DNA of 62,392 bases. Origin: an uncultured virus (IMG/VR IMGVR_UViG_3300010355_001052) (taxonomy: Duplodnaviria; Heunggongvirae; Uroviricota; Caudoviricetes). Position 1 is the first letter of the stretch; every line of letters begins with the position of its first letter. A model generated the notes under the pieces. It did not search any database, was not told the DNA's origin, and worked only from the letters and a program-made list of their open reading frames with translations. Positions 20,387 to 30,127 of this stretch are shown one piece after another. Position numbers and translations under genes: made by a program. Location of the stretch: the IMG/VR virus record IMGVR_UViG_3300010355_001052, one strand, 5' to 3'.

Positions 20387-22162
20387 CTAATAATCTAATA
20401 TTGCTGATACACTACTAGGTGCTAAACAATATACAGGAGTAAATACTTGTAATATAGCTTCTACACATGTTGGAGGACAACACTCTTGTAAATAACATTT
20501 ACAAAGAGCCGGATCATAAATAGCTTTAAAGTCCAGTAATGTCTTTTTAATCTCCCAATTAATCCAATCATTTTCACAACATATAGTTAGACCATATCTA
20601 GCTACTAACATTTGTGAATACATGCTATCAGCAAAATTGCAGTTAATTCTTTCAGTGTATTCCGGAGAACAACCTGCAGTATAGTATCCTGGTTTTACTC
20701 TTCTTGGATGTAATTCTAATGGAGGAGGAAGTGGTACCGGTGGTAAACAAGCTACGCATGTAGCAAAACTTTCTATTACCTCTGATACACAAACTGATCC
20801 TGTACAAGTTAAAGATTCTATTACTTGCCAGCATGTATCAGGACATTCTGATAGTTTAACTACTTGTCCTACATATTGTAGGAAATCATCACTAGTGACA
20901 ATTGTATTTGTAACATCTGTACAATCTATTAGAACATAACATTTAAGTGCACATTCTTGACATGTATCATAGATGTTTAGAAAAGGAAGAGTTATTGATC
21001 CTTCACAACCTTGGGTTTCTGTAATAGAAAAACAGGTGCATTCTGTGAGGTCAGGGTTTGATATCTCACCCGGGCAGATTCTTATAACATCTCCTACATA
21101 AAGACTTAAGTCATTATTAACTACAATTGGGTCTAAAGAACCGGTACAAGGAGTTAATGTATAGCATGTATCTCTGAAATAAGTCCATACAGCATTTACC
21201 CCATTAGGTTGTACTTCAGAAAGTACTCCTGAAAGGGCTCCATTGTTTGTAGATAATATACTTGAGTCCTGACTAAAGAATCCATTCTGATTAAAATAAA
21301 ACTGACCAGCTAATTGATTAGGAAATCCTATACCTCCAATATCTAATATGGACCATCCAGATCCACCATTAATTGACTTAACGCGTTCTCCTAAACTACC
21401 AAATCCCCATAGCTCTTGGTCATTAATCCATGTAAGATGTTTACCATTACGCTGAACAAAATGATAAACATTATTCCAAGTAATACCACCATTTAAAGAT
21501 TGGAATATAGCAGGTTCCCCTAGAACTACAATAGTTTGCTGATCAGATGAAAGATGAATTCCACGCGCATTTACTAACTGATCTAGTACACCATCATAAA
21601 TTATATTACCGCTATTTAAGATAGACCAGGTAATACCACCATCAATGGTTTTAGCTACATGTGCTTCTAACCCTACTACACCAATAGTTGGTGTAATAAA
21701 ATGTAATGATAATACATCCGGAATCTTTGGAGCAGATAATGGAAAAGGCGGTAATGCTGGAAGTTGACTAGTTAAATTAAAGGTAAGACCTCCATCCGTA
21801 CTAATTGCTACATAACCATTATGACCTGAGACCATAATGTTATTTGAATCTAATACATGTACTTCATACCAGTTTAATAATCCTTGTACAGTATTATTTT
21901 GATAATTTCCACCCGGGATATACCAAGTAGCTCCAGCATCAGTAGAAACATAAATACCAAAAACAGATCCTGAAGAAGCACCACGTCCTACAGCAAAAAC
22001 TTTATCTCCATTATCTGGATCAGTTTCTACATCAAATAAAGGATATGAAGAAGTATTGGGTATAGTTAATGCTACTGAAACATCAACCCAAGGAGTAGTT
22101 AAATCAACTAGTTTCCTTACAGTACCCTTATCTCCAACAGTATATGTTTTTGCTATAATCAT
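20387..22162 (-). CDS. Virion protein with BNR/Asp-box beta-propeller (YCF48-like) and Cys-rich C-terminal domain
   Basis: Repeated STDAGATW, STDGGLTF, TIDGGITW, SLNGGITW and SINGGSGW Asp-boxes. Confidence 0.65.
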   Translation of the reverse strand: MIIAKTYTVGDKGTVRKLVDLTTPWVDVSVALTIPNTSSYPLFDVETDPDNGDKVFAVGRGASSGSVFGIYVSTDAGATWYIPGGNYQNNTVQGLLNWYEVHVLDSNNIMVSGHNGYVAISTDGGLTFNLTSQLPALPPFPLSAPKIPDVLSLHFITPTIGVVGLEAHVAKTIDGGITWSILNSGNIIYDGVLDQLVNARGIHLSSDQQTIVVLGEPAIFQSLNGGITWNNVYHFVQRNGKHLTWINDQELWGFGSLGERVKSINGGSGWSILDIGGIGFPNQLAGQFYFNQNGFFSQDSSILSTNNGALSGVLSEVQPNGVNAVWTYFRDTCYTLTPCTGSLDPIVVNNDLSLYVGDVIRICPGEISNPDLTECTCFSITETQGCEGSITLPFLNIYDTCQECALKCYVLIDCTDVTNTIVTSDDFLQYVGQVVKLSECPDTCWQVIESLTCTGSVCVSEVIESFATCVACLPPVPLPPPLELHPRRVKPGYYTAGCSPEYTERINCNFADSMYSQMLVARYGLTICCENDWINWEIKKTLLDFKAIYDPALCKCYLQECCPPTCVEAILQVFTPVYCLAPSSVSAILDY

Positions 22163-22365
22163 TAGGTGTTGTTATTACTAACAGGTTTTGTATAAAGAAC
22201 TGACACAACTGTAGGCGCTGTAATATTTTTAGGTTGAGTAGTATTCTTTTTTAATGCAGCTTCATAAGAAGCAAGACACATAGTACAGACTGCTGTACCA
22301 TTTGATGCTGATCTCTTTTGACATCCGCATGTTAATTTACTTTTACAATTTGTGCAAGTACTCAT
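22162..22365 (-). CDS. Small Cys-rich (CxxC...CGC...CxxC) protein
   Basis: Six Cys in the first 30 aa; abuts the downstream gene. Confidence 0.6.
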   Translation of the reverse strand: MSTCTNCKSKLTCGCQKRSASNGTAVCTMCLASYEAALKKNTTQPKNITAPTVVSVLYTKPVSNNNT

Positions 22366-22387
22366 ATTATGTTGGTTTATTAGTTGC

Positions 22388-22948
22388 TTAACAAGTAGAG
22401 CAGCTACTACAAGTAATCTTACTTAGTAGTTTTAAGGCATATCTGTATGTATCCATACCTTTGCTTGGTTGATGACAGAATTCAACATAAGCTTTTGCTG
22501 CTAATAAATATTGTTGTATTAAACGAATTTCATTTAATAGGTTTTTCACTTTTTCTGGAGGATCACAAGTTCCAAGATCTAAATCACAATAAACAGCTTG
22601 AATCTTATTAAGAGCACAAGTTATTCTTAAGTGATTATATTCTACATAAACTAGGTCATTTGGTGATACACTATATCTTATGATATAGATACCATCCGGT
22701 AAATCAGTATAAGATGTACCACAGTTAGTGGTTTGTAATTCTAGATCACATGCTGTTAGGTTAAGATTAAACCCGGGAGCAATAGTAGTATCTGTAAATT
22801 GAACTGGAATCTTAAATCCAGGGAGTGTTATCTGTAATAGAGGACAGATTGGTTGACTAAGTGGATTATAAATTGAAGTGTCCACAACGCGTAGAATGCA
22901 TTTGTTTAATGTATCCGGAGCCTCTAGACTTAATACGTGCTGTGCCAT
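22388..22948 (-). CDS. Conserved virion/tail hub protein
   Basis: DLPDGIYIIRYSVSP motif and Cys-rich C-terminus; structural context. Confidence 0.5.
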   Translation of the reverse strand: MAQHVLSLEAPDTLNKCILRVVDTSIYNPLSQPICPLLQITLPGFKIPVQFTDTTIAPGFNLNLTACDLELQTTNCGTSYTDLPDGIYIIRYSVSPNDLVYVEYNHLRITCALNKIQAVYCDLDLGTCDPPEKVKNLLNEIRLIQQYLLAAKAYVEFCHQPSKGMDTYRYALKLLSKITCSSCSTC

Positions 22949-22974
22949 TTTTAATTAATGTAACTAAATTAATA

Positions 22975-23013
22975 AAAAAAGGGAGAGGAGAAAATTGAAT
23001 CTCACTCTCCCTT
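22975..23013 (-). terminator. Intrinsic terminator
   Basis: AAGGGAGAG...CTCTCCCTT stem followed by a T-run on the minus strand, after the 465-aa gene. Confidence 0.7.
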
Positions 23014-23034
23014 ATATTTTAGATAGGAAACTTA

Positions 23035-24432
23035 TTAGTCAGCTACAATAGTGCAACGTACACAGCTTTGAGTTTCTAGAGATACACAGTTTGGACAATC
23101 AGCCAACCATGCATTTAAGAAAGTTTCAAGAGCAGCGTTACCTACCGGCACTAATGGGTTAGCTTCTGATACAATGATCTCTAACATGTAACGGTCATTG
23201 TCAAATACCCCAGTTGGGTTATTGAAACGTGGAACACTGTGTAGGATAAAGTAACGTGTGTAAAGCGCATTACGGTTTACAGCACCAAGGATCTGATCTC
23301 CTTGAGTGATCTCCCTGATACGAATATCAGTAGCAAAGAAGTTTTGTAAGTAAGACTGAGATAAAATCAAGTCACGAACTACTTGTTCTCCAAAGCCCAT
23401 TCCTTGTACACCACGGCAGTCATTGTATACACAAAGACCTTCAAATACACATGGGTCACCATTGTAATCTACCAATGAAGCATAGATACGTACTGGTTCT
23501 TTTTCAAAGAAGTCAGTAATTTGGAATGAACAGTTACCAAATTTAGTCTCAACATAAGCTCCAAATAAACGAAGACCTGCTTGACATGTTGTTGGAAGAG
23601 CATCAGTCCAAAGAGCAGCTTGAGGAGAAGCAGGGTAAAGATCCCAATATTGTGCTGGAGTAACGGGAGTGTTAGTTCCATCATAAGTTACAGTTGTTCC
23701 TGGAGCATACCAAGCAACACCAGTGTAATCATAAACTACTGGAGCAACAAAATCTTTTAGATAGTTATTGATTACCAATTGTTTTGCCCACTCAATATAA
23801 ACTAAAGTAGGATCTACTGCAGTTGGAGTAGGACCTGAACAACATCCTGTGTAAGCAGAAAGTGTTTGGTAAGCGTTGTGATTCAATGCACGTAATGCAG
23901 GTGAACCTTTAACATCAATTCTTAAGTAGTATGTTTCTCCACATAAGAATGTATAGCAGCAATTTGCTTGTACAGTTCCTGATTGGAAGTTATCTACCGG
24001 AAGACCTGGAACAGCAGTTTGAGGTGTATAACCAATTGAGATTACAGCTTGTTGAGGAACACAAGTTGTCACTTTATATACGTTTTGTACATAACGTGGG
24101 TTAATCATTTTTGACTTATTAGACTCTTGGTACCCTCCGTGGAAAGGACCAATTTTATCTTTAGCCATCAATGATGCTGCAGCCAAGTAAATTGGGCAAC
24201 ATGTGTTACTACCAAAGTAAGCAGTATTAATTGACAAATTAGTTTTTGGATCAAAGAATCCATAAGATCCCGGTCCATAAATAGTATTTGCGGCACCAAT
24301 TGTGTTAGCAAGAGCTACTGTTGGAATACCAGCTGCAGTAATGAATCCATTAGTCATATTGACATTTGGATTTACCGCTGTTGTTTGCGTTCCTAAGAAA
24401 ACTTTGGTAAACGCGTGATTAAAATAAGCCAT
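23035..24432 (-). CDS. Abundant structural protein, probably auxiliary capsid protein (crAss gene-73-like)
   Basis: Own promoter and terminator, codon usage resembling the MCP gene, C-terminal YFILHSVPRFNNPTGVFDND motif and synteny. Confidence 0.55.
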   Translation of the reverse strand: MAYFNHAFTKVFLGTQTTAVNPNVNMTNGFITAAGIPTVALANTIGAANTIYGPGSYGFFDPKTNLSINTAYFGSNTCCPIYLAAASLMAKDKIGPFHGGYQESNKSKMINPRYVQNVYKVTTCVPQQAVISIGYTPQTAVPGLPVDNFQSGTVQANCCYTFLCGETYYLRIDVKGSPALRALNHNAYQTLSAYTGCCSGPTPTAVDPTLVYIEWAKQLVINNYLKDFVAPVVYDYTGVAWYAPGTTVTYDGTNTPVTPAQYWDLYPASPQAALWTDALPTTCQAGLRLFGAYVETKFGNCSFQITDFFEKEPVRIYASLVDYNGDPCVFEGLCVYNDCRGVQGMGFGEQVVRDLILSQSYLQNFFATDIRIREITQGDQILGAVNRNALYTRYFILHSVPRFNNPTGVFDNDRYMLEIIVSEANPLVPVGNAALETFLNAWLADCPNCVSLETQSCVRCTIVAD

Positions 24433-24509
24433 CTGTGATTAGGTTTTAATTAATAAATAAACATATAATAATATAGTCAATTTTATTTAGACTACCAAAA
24501 ATTTTTCAA

Positions 24510-24935
24510 TTATTTTAAAAAAGTTAATTTGTAACAAGTTGAGTTAATTAAACTTTTTATTTCATCAAGTACATTAACAATTTCTGAATAGGGTAATGCA
24601 GCTTGTTCTCTATCAATTTCATCACGTAATGATTTAAGATAAGTACAACAAGCTTCTGCTGTCTTTAATCTTGGTAAAGAACATTGATCAGGAAAATCCA
24701 TAATTCTACCTGTAACTCCTTGATATTGCTCTACAACACTATCTACAAAATCACCCACTTCTTCATAATAATCACCTAATGCTCTATGTGCAGCATATGA
24801 CCCAGTACCAGTTATAGCAAGATGGGCCATGTGAATTATAGTTATTGAGTTTAATAAATTAAATGCTAAAGCTTCACAACCAGCTTTCATTGGTCTTTTT
24901 AAAGTAGCATTACTATCTAATTTTAATTGTCTCAT
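24510..24935 (-). CDS. Phage ferritin/Dps-like protein
   Basis: H..HL....SYAAHRALGDYYE.....D..VEQYQG...YKLTFLK four-helix-bundle pattern. Confidence 0.7.
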   Translation of the reverse strand: MRQLKLDSNATLKRPMKAGCEALAFNLLNSITIIHMAHLAITGTGSYAAHRALGDYYEEVGDFVDSVVEQYQGVTGRIMDFPDQCSLPRLKTAEACCTYLKSLRDEIDREQAALPYSEIVNVLDEIKSLINSTCYKLTFLK

Positions 24936-25639
24936 TAGTTATTTCCTTCAGTTGATTGAGTTTGTCTTTGTAGTTGGTTCATAGATTCAATGTCACCAGC
25001 TATAATTTTAGCACATTCATCAATTAATAATTCAACTAAGTCATCTTTAAACTGACATTCTACATTTGCTGCTGGGATAATACCTGTATAAGGATCACGT
25101 ACACCAGCAATTTCTATTCTTATAGGTTGTCTGTAATAAGTTAATTTAGCATTTAGAATCTCAAATTCATTATTTGTATAAATCCGGATTCTATTATTCT
25201 CCATTGTTGTAAATGTTTCTGCCCACTCAAAACTAGGTTTTTTATTTACATCTCTAAGAAGCTCATCAACGTTTGCTACCTCAGCTAAATAAATTACCAT
25301 TGGTCTTGGATCAGGACAACATTTACTTGTTGCACTTGCTGATATTCTTTTCCATTGAAGATAATCAGCTGGAAAACTTACAGATTCAAAAAAGATCTGT
25401 TTGTTATTCATACTAATAGGTACTGTAATAAGTAGAGGTTGTAAATCATCAATCCTTCTAGTAGACTGCTCATCACCCTCTTTTACTATATTCAGACCAT
25501 GAAGGTTTCTACGGCACCAGTCTACTTGGCCCTTATTAAAAGCTTCAACAATTTGCCAGTCCTGAATATTGTCATAGTCATTGCTGGCAAGCTTGTTGAG
25601 TCTTTGTCTAACCTTTATTAATATGGTTGAATTAAGCAT
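24935..25639 (-). CDS. Head-tail connector / ring protein (crAss gene-74-like)
   Basis: Helical N-terminus LNKLASND...FNKGQ, with EQSTRRIDDL and LTYYRQP motifs; synteny. Confidence 0.6.
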   Translation of the reverse strand: MLNSTILIKVRQRLNKLASNDYDNIQDWQIVEAFNKGQVDWCRRNLHGLNIVKEGDEQSTRRIDDLQPLLITVPISMNNKQIFFESVSFPADYLQWKRISASATSKCCPDPRPMVIYLAEVANVDELLRDVNKKPSFEWAETFTTMENNRIRIYTNNEFEILNAKLTYYRQPIRIEIAGVRDPYTGIIPAANVECQFKDDLVELLIDECAKIIAGDIESMNQLQRQTQSTEGNN

Positions 25640-25643
25640 TTAC

Positions 25644-25823
25644 TTATTTCTTTTTAGCACCACCAGCTTTGAAAGATGGTTTTTTACCTAAAGATTTACC
25701 AGCACTAACACCTTTATAGATATCTTTTCCTGTTGTAGCTTTAACTACAGTTTTGTTTATAGATGATTTAGTTACACCTCCAGATTGCATTTTCTTTGCA
25801 CCACCTGATTTCATTTTTGACAT
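25644..25823 (-). CDS. 59-aa Lys/Gly-rich basic microprotein (below ORF-track cutoff)
   Basis: MSKMKSGGAKKMQSGGVTKSS...PSFKAGGAKKK*, packed between neighbouring genes. Confidence 0.65.
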   Translation of the reverse strand: MSKMKSGGAKKMQSGGVTKSSINKTVVKATTGKDIYKGVSAGKSLGKKPSFKAGGAKKK

Positions 25824-25843
25824 AATGTATAGATTTTAAAAGT

Positions 25844-25996
25844 TTACTTTTTCTTTGGCACATCACATGCCGCTTTATTTAATCCACCTGTATAACGAGT
25901 TGGATTTTGTACTACTACCGGTGAAGGATTTTTTCCACCTGTATATCTGGTTGGGTTCATTACCACTTCCGGACATTTATTTTTTCCTGTTGCCAT
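25844..25996 (-). CDS. 50-aa microprotein with duplicated NPTRYTGG (below ORF-track cutoff)
   Basis: MATGKNKCPEVVMNPTRYTGGKNPSPVVVQNPTRYTGGLNKAACDVPKKK*. Confidence 0.65.
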   Translation of the reverse strand: MATGKNKCPEVVMNPTRYTGGKNPSPVVVQNPTRYTGGLNKAACDVPKKK

Positions 25997-26007
25997 TTTA
26001 TATTAGT

Positions 26008-27024
26008 TTATTGATGCCAGTACTTTTCTACTTTAGTAGTTAAATCAAGTAGAACATTGTCATTTAATGGGTTCTTTAAAAAGGCAATACAATCAGATAC
26101 ATTACGCCCCATCATAACACTTGAATCAATATGGTAAATGAAACCATCAGATTTTAATGCAATGAATTTATAGAATGTAGCATCTTTAATAATTGATTTA
26201 ATTTTTAAAGTCTCCATATCCAAAGCTGAAGAATCAATAAATGATTCAGCTGCTCTTTTCAAGTTAGTCTCAACTCCTTCACCATTGATGAATTTATCCA
26301 TGTTGTCATAGATAATATCATTTGGTGTAGATTTTTTATATTGAACACTATTACCATCTACCACTTTGGCTACATAGAATAGTTTATTCTGATTCTTGTT
26401 AAACAATTTCTCTAGTTCAGAAAGAGCTTTATTTTTAAGTTTCTTAACCTCAGTCTTAGTAGATACAGTATCAACATACTTATCTAAGAAGAATTTAGGA
26501 GATACGGCCGCGCTTCTTGCAGCTTCATAACTAGTTGCAATCATTGAGAATCCACCTGCTTCAATAGCATATAATTTAATTAAATCATATGGATCTTTAG
26601 CTGGGTCAATTAAAACTTGCTGATTCCCACAACGTATTACTATTCTATTCCAGAATTCATTGTTATCTGGTTTAAGTAGTTTTACTTTATTCCAAAAATC
26701 AGGATCTGCAATATCTATAATATTTGCAGCAAGCTCTTTCTCTAGTTGAGCTACTACTGTTCTGATTTCTTTAACTTTTGCTTCACGTAATTCAGTATCT
26801 TGAATAAGTTTTACTTCTGGAGCAAATTCATTTAATCCGGTAATATAACGCTGTATACCATTACGGTCAATACATGCTAATTGTTCCTCATGAAACACAC
26901 CATCATATAATGACATGTTGTATTTCTCTAACCCTAGATTACTAGAATTAGGATCAAAGTAAGGTTTAATGGAAATAGTTCCACTCTTTACATCATAAGG
27001 TGTTGATACAATTGTTAAGCTCAT
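26008..27024 (-). CDS. Conserved crAss-like protein downstream of MCP (gene-75-like)
   Basis: 338 aa; assigned from synteny directly after the MCP gene. Confidence 0.5.
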   Translation of the reverse strand: MSLTIVSTPYDVKSGTISIKPYFDPNSSNLGLEKYNMSLYDGVFHEEQLACIDRNGIQRYITGLNEFAPEVKLIQDTELREAKVKEIRTVVAQLEKELAANIIDIADPDFWNKVKLLKPDNNEFWNRIVIRCGNQQVLIDPAKDPYDLIKLYAIEAGGFSMIATSYEAARSAAVSPKFFLDKYVDTVSTKTEVKKLKNKALSELEKLFNKNQNKLFYVAKVVDGNSVQYKKSTPNDIIYDNMDKFINGEGVETNLKRAAESFIDSSALDMETLKIKSIIKDATFYKFIALKSDGFIYHIDSSVMMGRNVSDCIAFLKNPLNDNVLLDLTTKVEKYWHQ

Positions 27025-27065
27025 AATTAGTTATTGTTGGTTGGTTATTATTGACTGACAAATTT

Positions 27066-27098
27066 AAAAAAAAGGGGAGAGATTTTACCTCTCCCCTT
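27066..27098 (-). terminator. Intrinsic terminator after MCP
   Basis: AAGGGGAGAG/CTCTCCCCTT stem with a T8 run on the minus strand. Confidence 0.8.
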
Positions 27099-27105
27099 AC
27101 TATTA

Positions 27106-28731
27106 TTAGAATGATCCTCCAGTGATTGGGTTTCTCATTACAATTTTTAGGACTTTAGTTGGATCCTTCACCCAGATTGCAGGCATGGTTTGTGTCATCA
27201 TTACACGGTAACCATTGAACTGACCTGAAGATTGGAAGCCTTGGCTTCTTCCCATGTAATCCATAGTACCATTTTGATACCACCATTTTAATTGATTATC
27301 CCAAGATAATTTCAACATGAAAATGTTATCATTACCTGTATCAGTAATATCAAAAATGATAAAACTGTATGATGATAACGGGTTACCATCAATGATAGGG
27401 TTCTCAATATCATTTGTATGTAGGTTATCAAATGCCGGGTTCAATACAAATTTCACATTTGCCAAGAAAGGAATAACATAACTTGTGAACGCGAATCCAA
27501 AGTTAAGATCCATAGCAGAACCTGAAATAGCACCAATACCTGCATTGTTAGAAGCCTGAATTACAAGACCTGAGTTTACAGCTTCACGTTTAATAGCTTC
27601 ATTTACTAAACGCATACCACCCATACCTGTTTGAACAATCAATTGTCTCTTAGGATCTGGACCTTGGAATTCCACACGACCAGCGTAGAAGTTGTAGATC
27701 TCTCCACGGAATAACTCCAATGAGAAGTTAGACTTGTTGTATACTCTTTTGAAAGAGTTATCCAACTGTTTCCATAGACCCACAGATAAACGCATATCAT
27801 CTGGACCATCTTGTTTAATACGTCCACCATGACCCCACATTAAGTAAGATTCAATGTCTGTAGCAATTTTAGTCAAGTGAGCTGCTTCCATTGTAGTAAG
27901 GAAAGTACGTGTTAAAGTACCATTCCCAATAGCACGCTTAAGATAATCTTTACCCATTTTGTTTGCCATATCCTCAATCTTAGTGATTGATGGATCCATG
28001 GTTTTATCAAAATTTCTCCAGATCTCAGTAACCGGAACTGTACCGTCAGCATTCATACCACCTTTTAACATCATGTCAGCTTTAGAGCTGATAGAGTAAT
28101 GTACGTGAGCCTCAGCACCACCTACGAAGTTGTAGAATTCACGGAATCCAGCTTTAGTCTGAATATCAGAGAATCTCTCACCATACTCTCCACGGGCAGA
28201 ACCTTTACGGAATAGTTTAGTTTGAGGAGTTAGATACTTGTTATCAAGGAACTTGTAGTTGTCGTTGTTTACCAACTGAACTGTATAGATAAATCCATCC
28301 CCTAAAGGTAGAATATCATCAGCAGTGATATACATCTCAACACCGTTGTATTTGTCATAAGTGATGATATCACCATGTCCAAAATCACGCTTGTTAACTT
28401 TAATTTTGAAGGTTGTACCATCAACACCTTTTGCAAGGTTACCTGGTTCAATATCTTCAACAATATAGGCTAGATCCTGAGATACAGGAGTTTGCCATTT
28501 ATACTCACCTCTGGCATTATCTACCATGATGATGTTTTTACCACCAAATGATGAAAGTTGATACAGAGGCATCTCTACCTTCTGTGTCATAGCCCAGATA
28601 TCCACCGGACCTAAGTCCATTGGCTCTGCGTCTTTCAGCATGTTCACTAGGTGGTAAGAATCTACGTGGGAACTTGCATTGTAGTTCGTGTCACGTAGAA
28701 AGAGACCATTGTTTAAAACTGGAGTGCTCAT
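27106..28731 (-). CDS. Major capsid protein
   Basis: 541 aa, order terminase-portal-scaffold-this gene, high-expression codon bias, strong terminator, GLWKQL and WVKDPTK motifs of crAss-like MCPs. Confidence 0.85.
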   Translation of the reverse strand: MSTPVLNNGLFLRDTNYNASSHVDSYHLVNMLKDAEPMDLGPVDIWAMTQKVEMPLYQLSSFGGKNIIMVDNARGEYKWQTPVSQDLAYIVEDIEPGNLAKGVDGTTFKIKVNKRDFGHGDIITYDKYNGVEMYITADDILPLGDGFIYTVQLVNNDNYKFLDNKYLTPQTKLFRKGSARGEYGERFSDIQTKAGFREFYNFVGGAEAHVHYSISSKADMMLKGGMNADGTVPVTEIWRNFDKTMDPSITKIEDMANKMGKDYLKRAIGNGTLTRTFLTTMEAAHLTKIATDIESYLMWGHGGRIKQDGPDDMRLSVGLWKQLDNSFKRVYNKSNFSLELFRGEIYNFYAGRVEFQGPDPKRQLIVQTGMGGMRLVNEAIKREAVNSGLVIQASNNAGIGAISGSAMDLNFGFAFTSYVIPFLANVKFVLNPAFDNLHTNDIENPIIDGNPLSSYSFIIFDITDTGNDNIFMLKLSWDNQLKWWYQNGTMDYMGRSQGFQSSGQFNGYRVMMTQTMPAIWVKDPTKVLKIVMRNPITGGSF

Positions 28732-28769
28732 TCTGTTACGGGGTTTTTAGTTATTAATTTAATTTATTA

Positions 28770-29996
28770 TTATCGTTTAAAGAAATCCTTTGTTGCTCTA
28801 GGAATTCTATTATTTGGTCTTGCTTCAACTTCTTCATCTTCTACATGAGAAGCAATTTTTGCTTTCTCTTCAGATTTTAATTTACGTACTGTATCTGCTA
28901 CTACTTCTTTTTTAGTGATCTCACGTACTCTATTTTTGTATCCATCTGGATCAGCAAGAAGCCAAAGTGCCTCTGCAACTAATCCATGATTAGGTTCTAC
29001 AAATTGATATTTTTCTAGTAAGTGACCAAGAAGGTTAGTTTGTTTTCCGGAAACTGATGGGTAATTAGGTTGTACTAATCCGGAGAAAAGAAGATTCTGT
29101 GTTTTTTTGTCTAGTTTAAGACCGTTGAGTTCAGCTGGCTCAAGTGTTTTGTAGATGTTATCCATATACATTTGAGCTTGTTTACCTTGCTGATCTCTTA
29201 ACTTAGCTTGTTGCTGAAGTTTATATTGAACTTGTTTTTCAGATAAAGCATCTAATTTTGGTTTAAACTTATTAGCTTTTGCTTCAAGTTCTCCTCTATC
29301 ATCCCAACCATCAATCTCTTCCTCAATTTCTTCAGCTGTACCAAAGTTAGTAGATTGAAGATAACTACGTACTATATTTTTTTGATCATGTTCATTAGTA
29401 GGATCAAGAGCTTTTACCTCTTCTACTGCAGCTAAAGTTCTAAAAAGACCTTTTAAATCTTGTCCACCTTCAGCTAAATATTTACCGGCATATTGAACTT
29501 CTTCCGGTAAATTACTCCAGAACTCTGTAGCTACTTCATCTCTGAGTCTATTTTTTTTATCCTCATCATTAGCTTCAAAAAGCTCCTGGAAATCTTGAAC
29601 TGTATATTTCTCTAATGGTTTATCATCATCAAATGGTACAAGAAGCTTTTTCTCAATTAGTGAATTAGCTAATTCAATTAAACCATTTTTTTCTACTTTA
29701 GGTCTACCGGTATTAGCTTTTTGTGTATCATCATCATTGATTAAATCATCAATCTCTGATGAACTAACTGGTGTAATTTTAATTTCACCATTCTCATCTA
29801 ATTCTGTAGTTGTAGCAGCGGGTGGTGTATCTTCCTCTTTTTTATTTAAGAAAGATAAATCCTCACCAGAAGGTTGACTAAAAATATTCTTTTTAGGTTC
29901 TTCTGGTAACATGACACTTGCAGCACCCGGATTAAGGATTGCCTCAAGATCTAAATCTTGTATTTCTACAACGGTATCTTCTAAAGGTTTACTCAT
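28770..29996 (-). CDS. Acidic scaffolding-like protein (crAss gene-77-like)
   Basis: D/E-rich disordered N-terminus and coiled coil; lies between portal and MCP. Confidence 0.65.
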   Translation of the reverse strand: MSKPLEDTVVEIQDLDLEAILNPGAASVMLPEEPKKNIFSQPSGEDLSFLNKKEEDTPPAATTTELDENGEIKITPVSSSEIDDLINDDDTQKANTGRPKVEKNGLIELANSLIEKKLLVPFDDDKPLEKYTVQDFQELFEANDEDKKNRLRDEVATEFWSNLPEEVQYAGKYLAEGGQDLKGLFRTLAAVEEVKALDPTNEHDQKNIVRSYLQSTNFGTAEEIEEEIDGWDDRGELEAKANKFKPKLDALSEKQVQYKLQQQAKLRDQQGKQAQMYMDNIYKTLEPAELNGLKLDKKTQNLLFSGLVQPNYPSVSGKQTNLLGHLLEKYQFVEPNHGLVAEALWLLADPDGYKNRVREITKKEVVADTVRKLKSEEKAKIASHVEDEEVEARPNNRIPRATKDFFKR

Positions 29997-30127
29997 AACT
30001 GTTTTGGTTTTGTTGGTTGGTTATTGACTGACAGCTTTATATAATGTAACAAATTTATAGAAATAAACTTTATAAATTTACTAAATAAATCCCCCTATTA
30101 AAAATAGTTGGCATTATATAGCTAACT

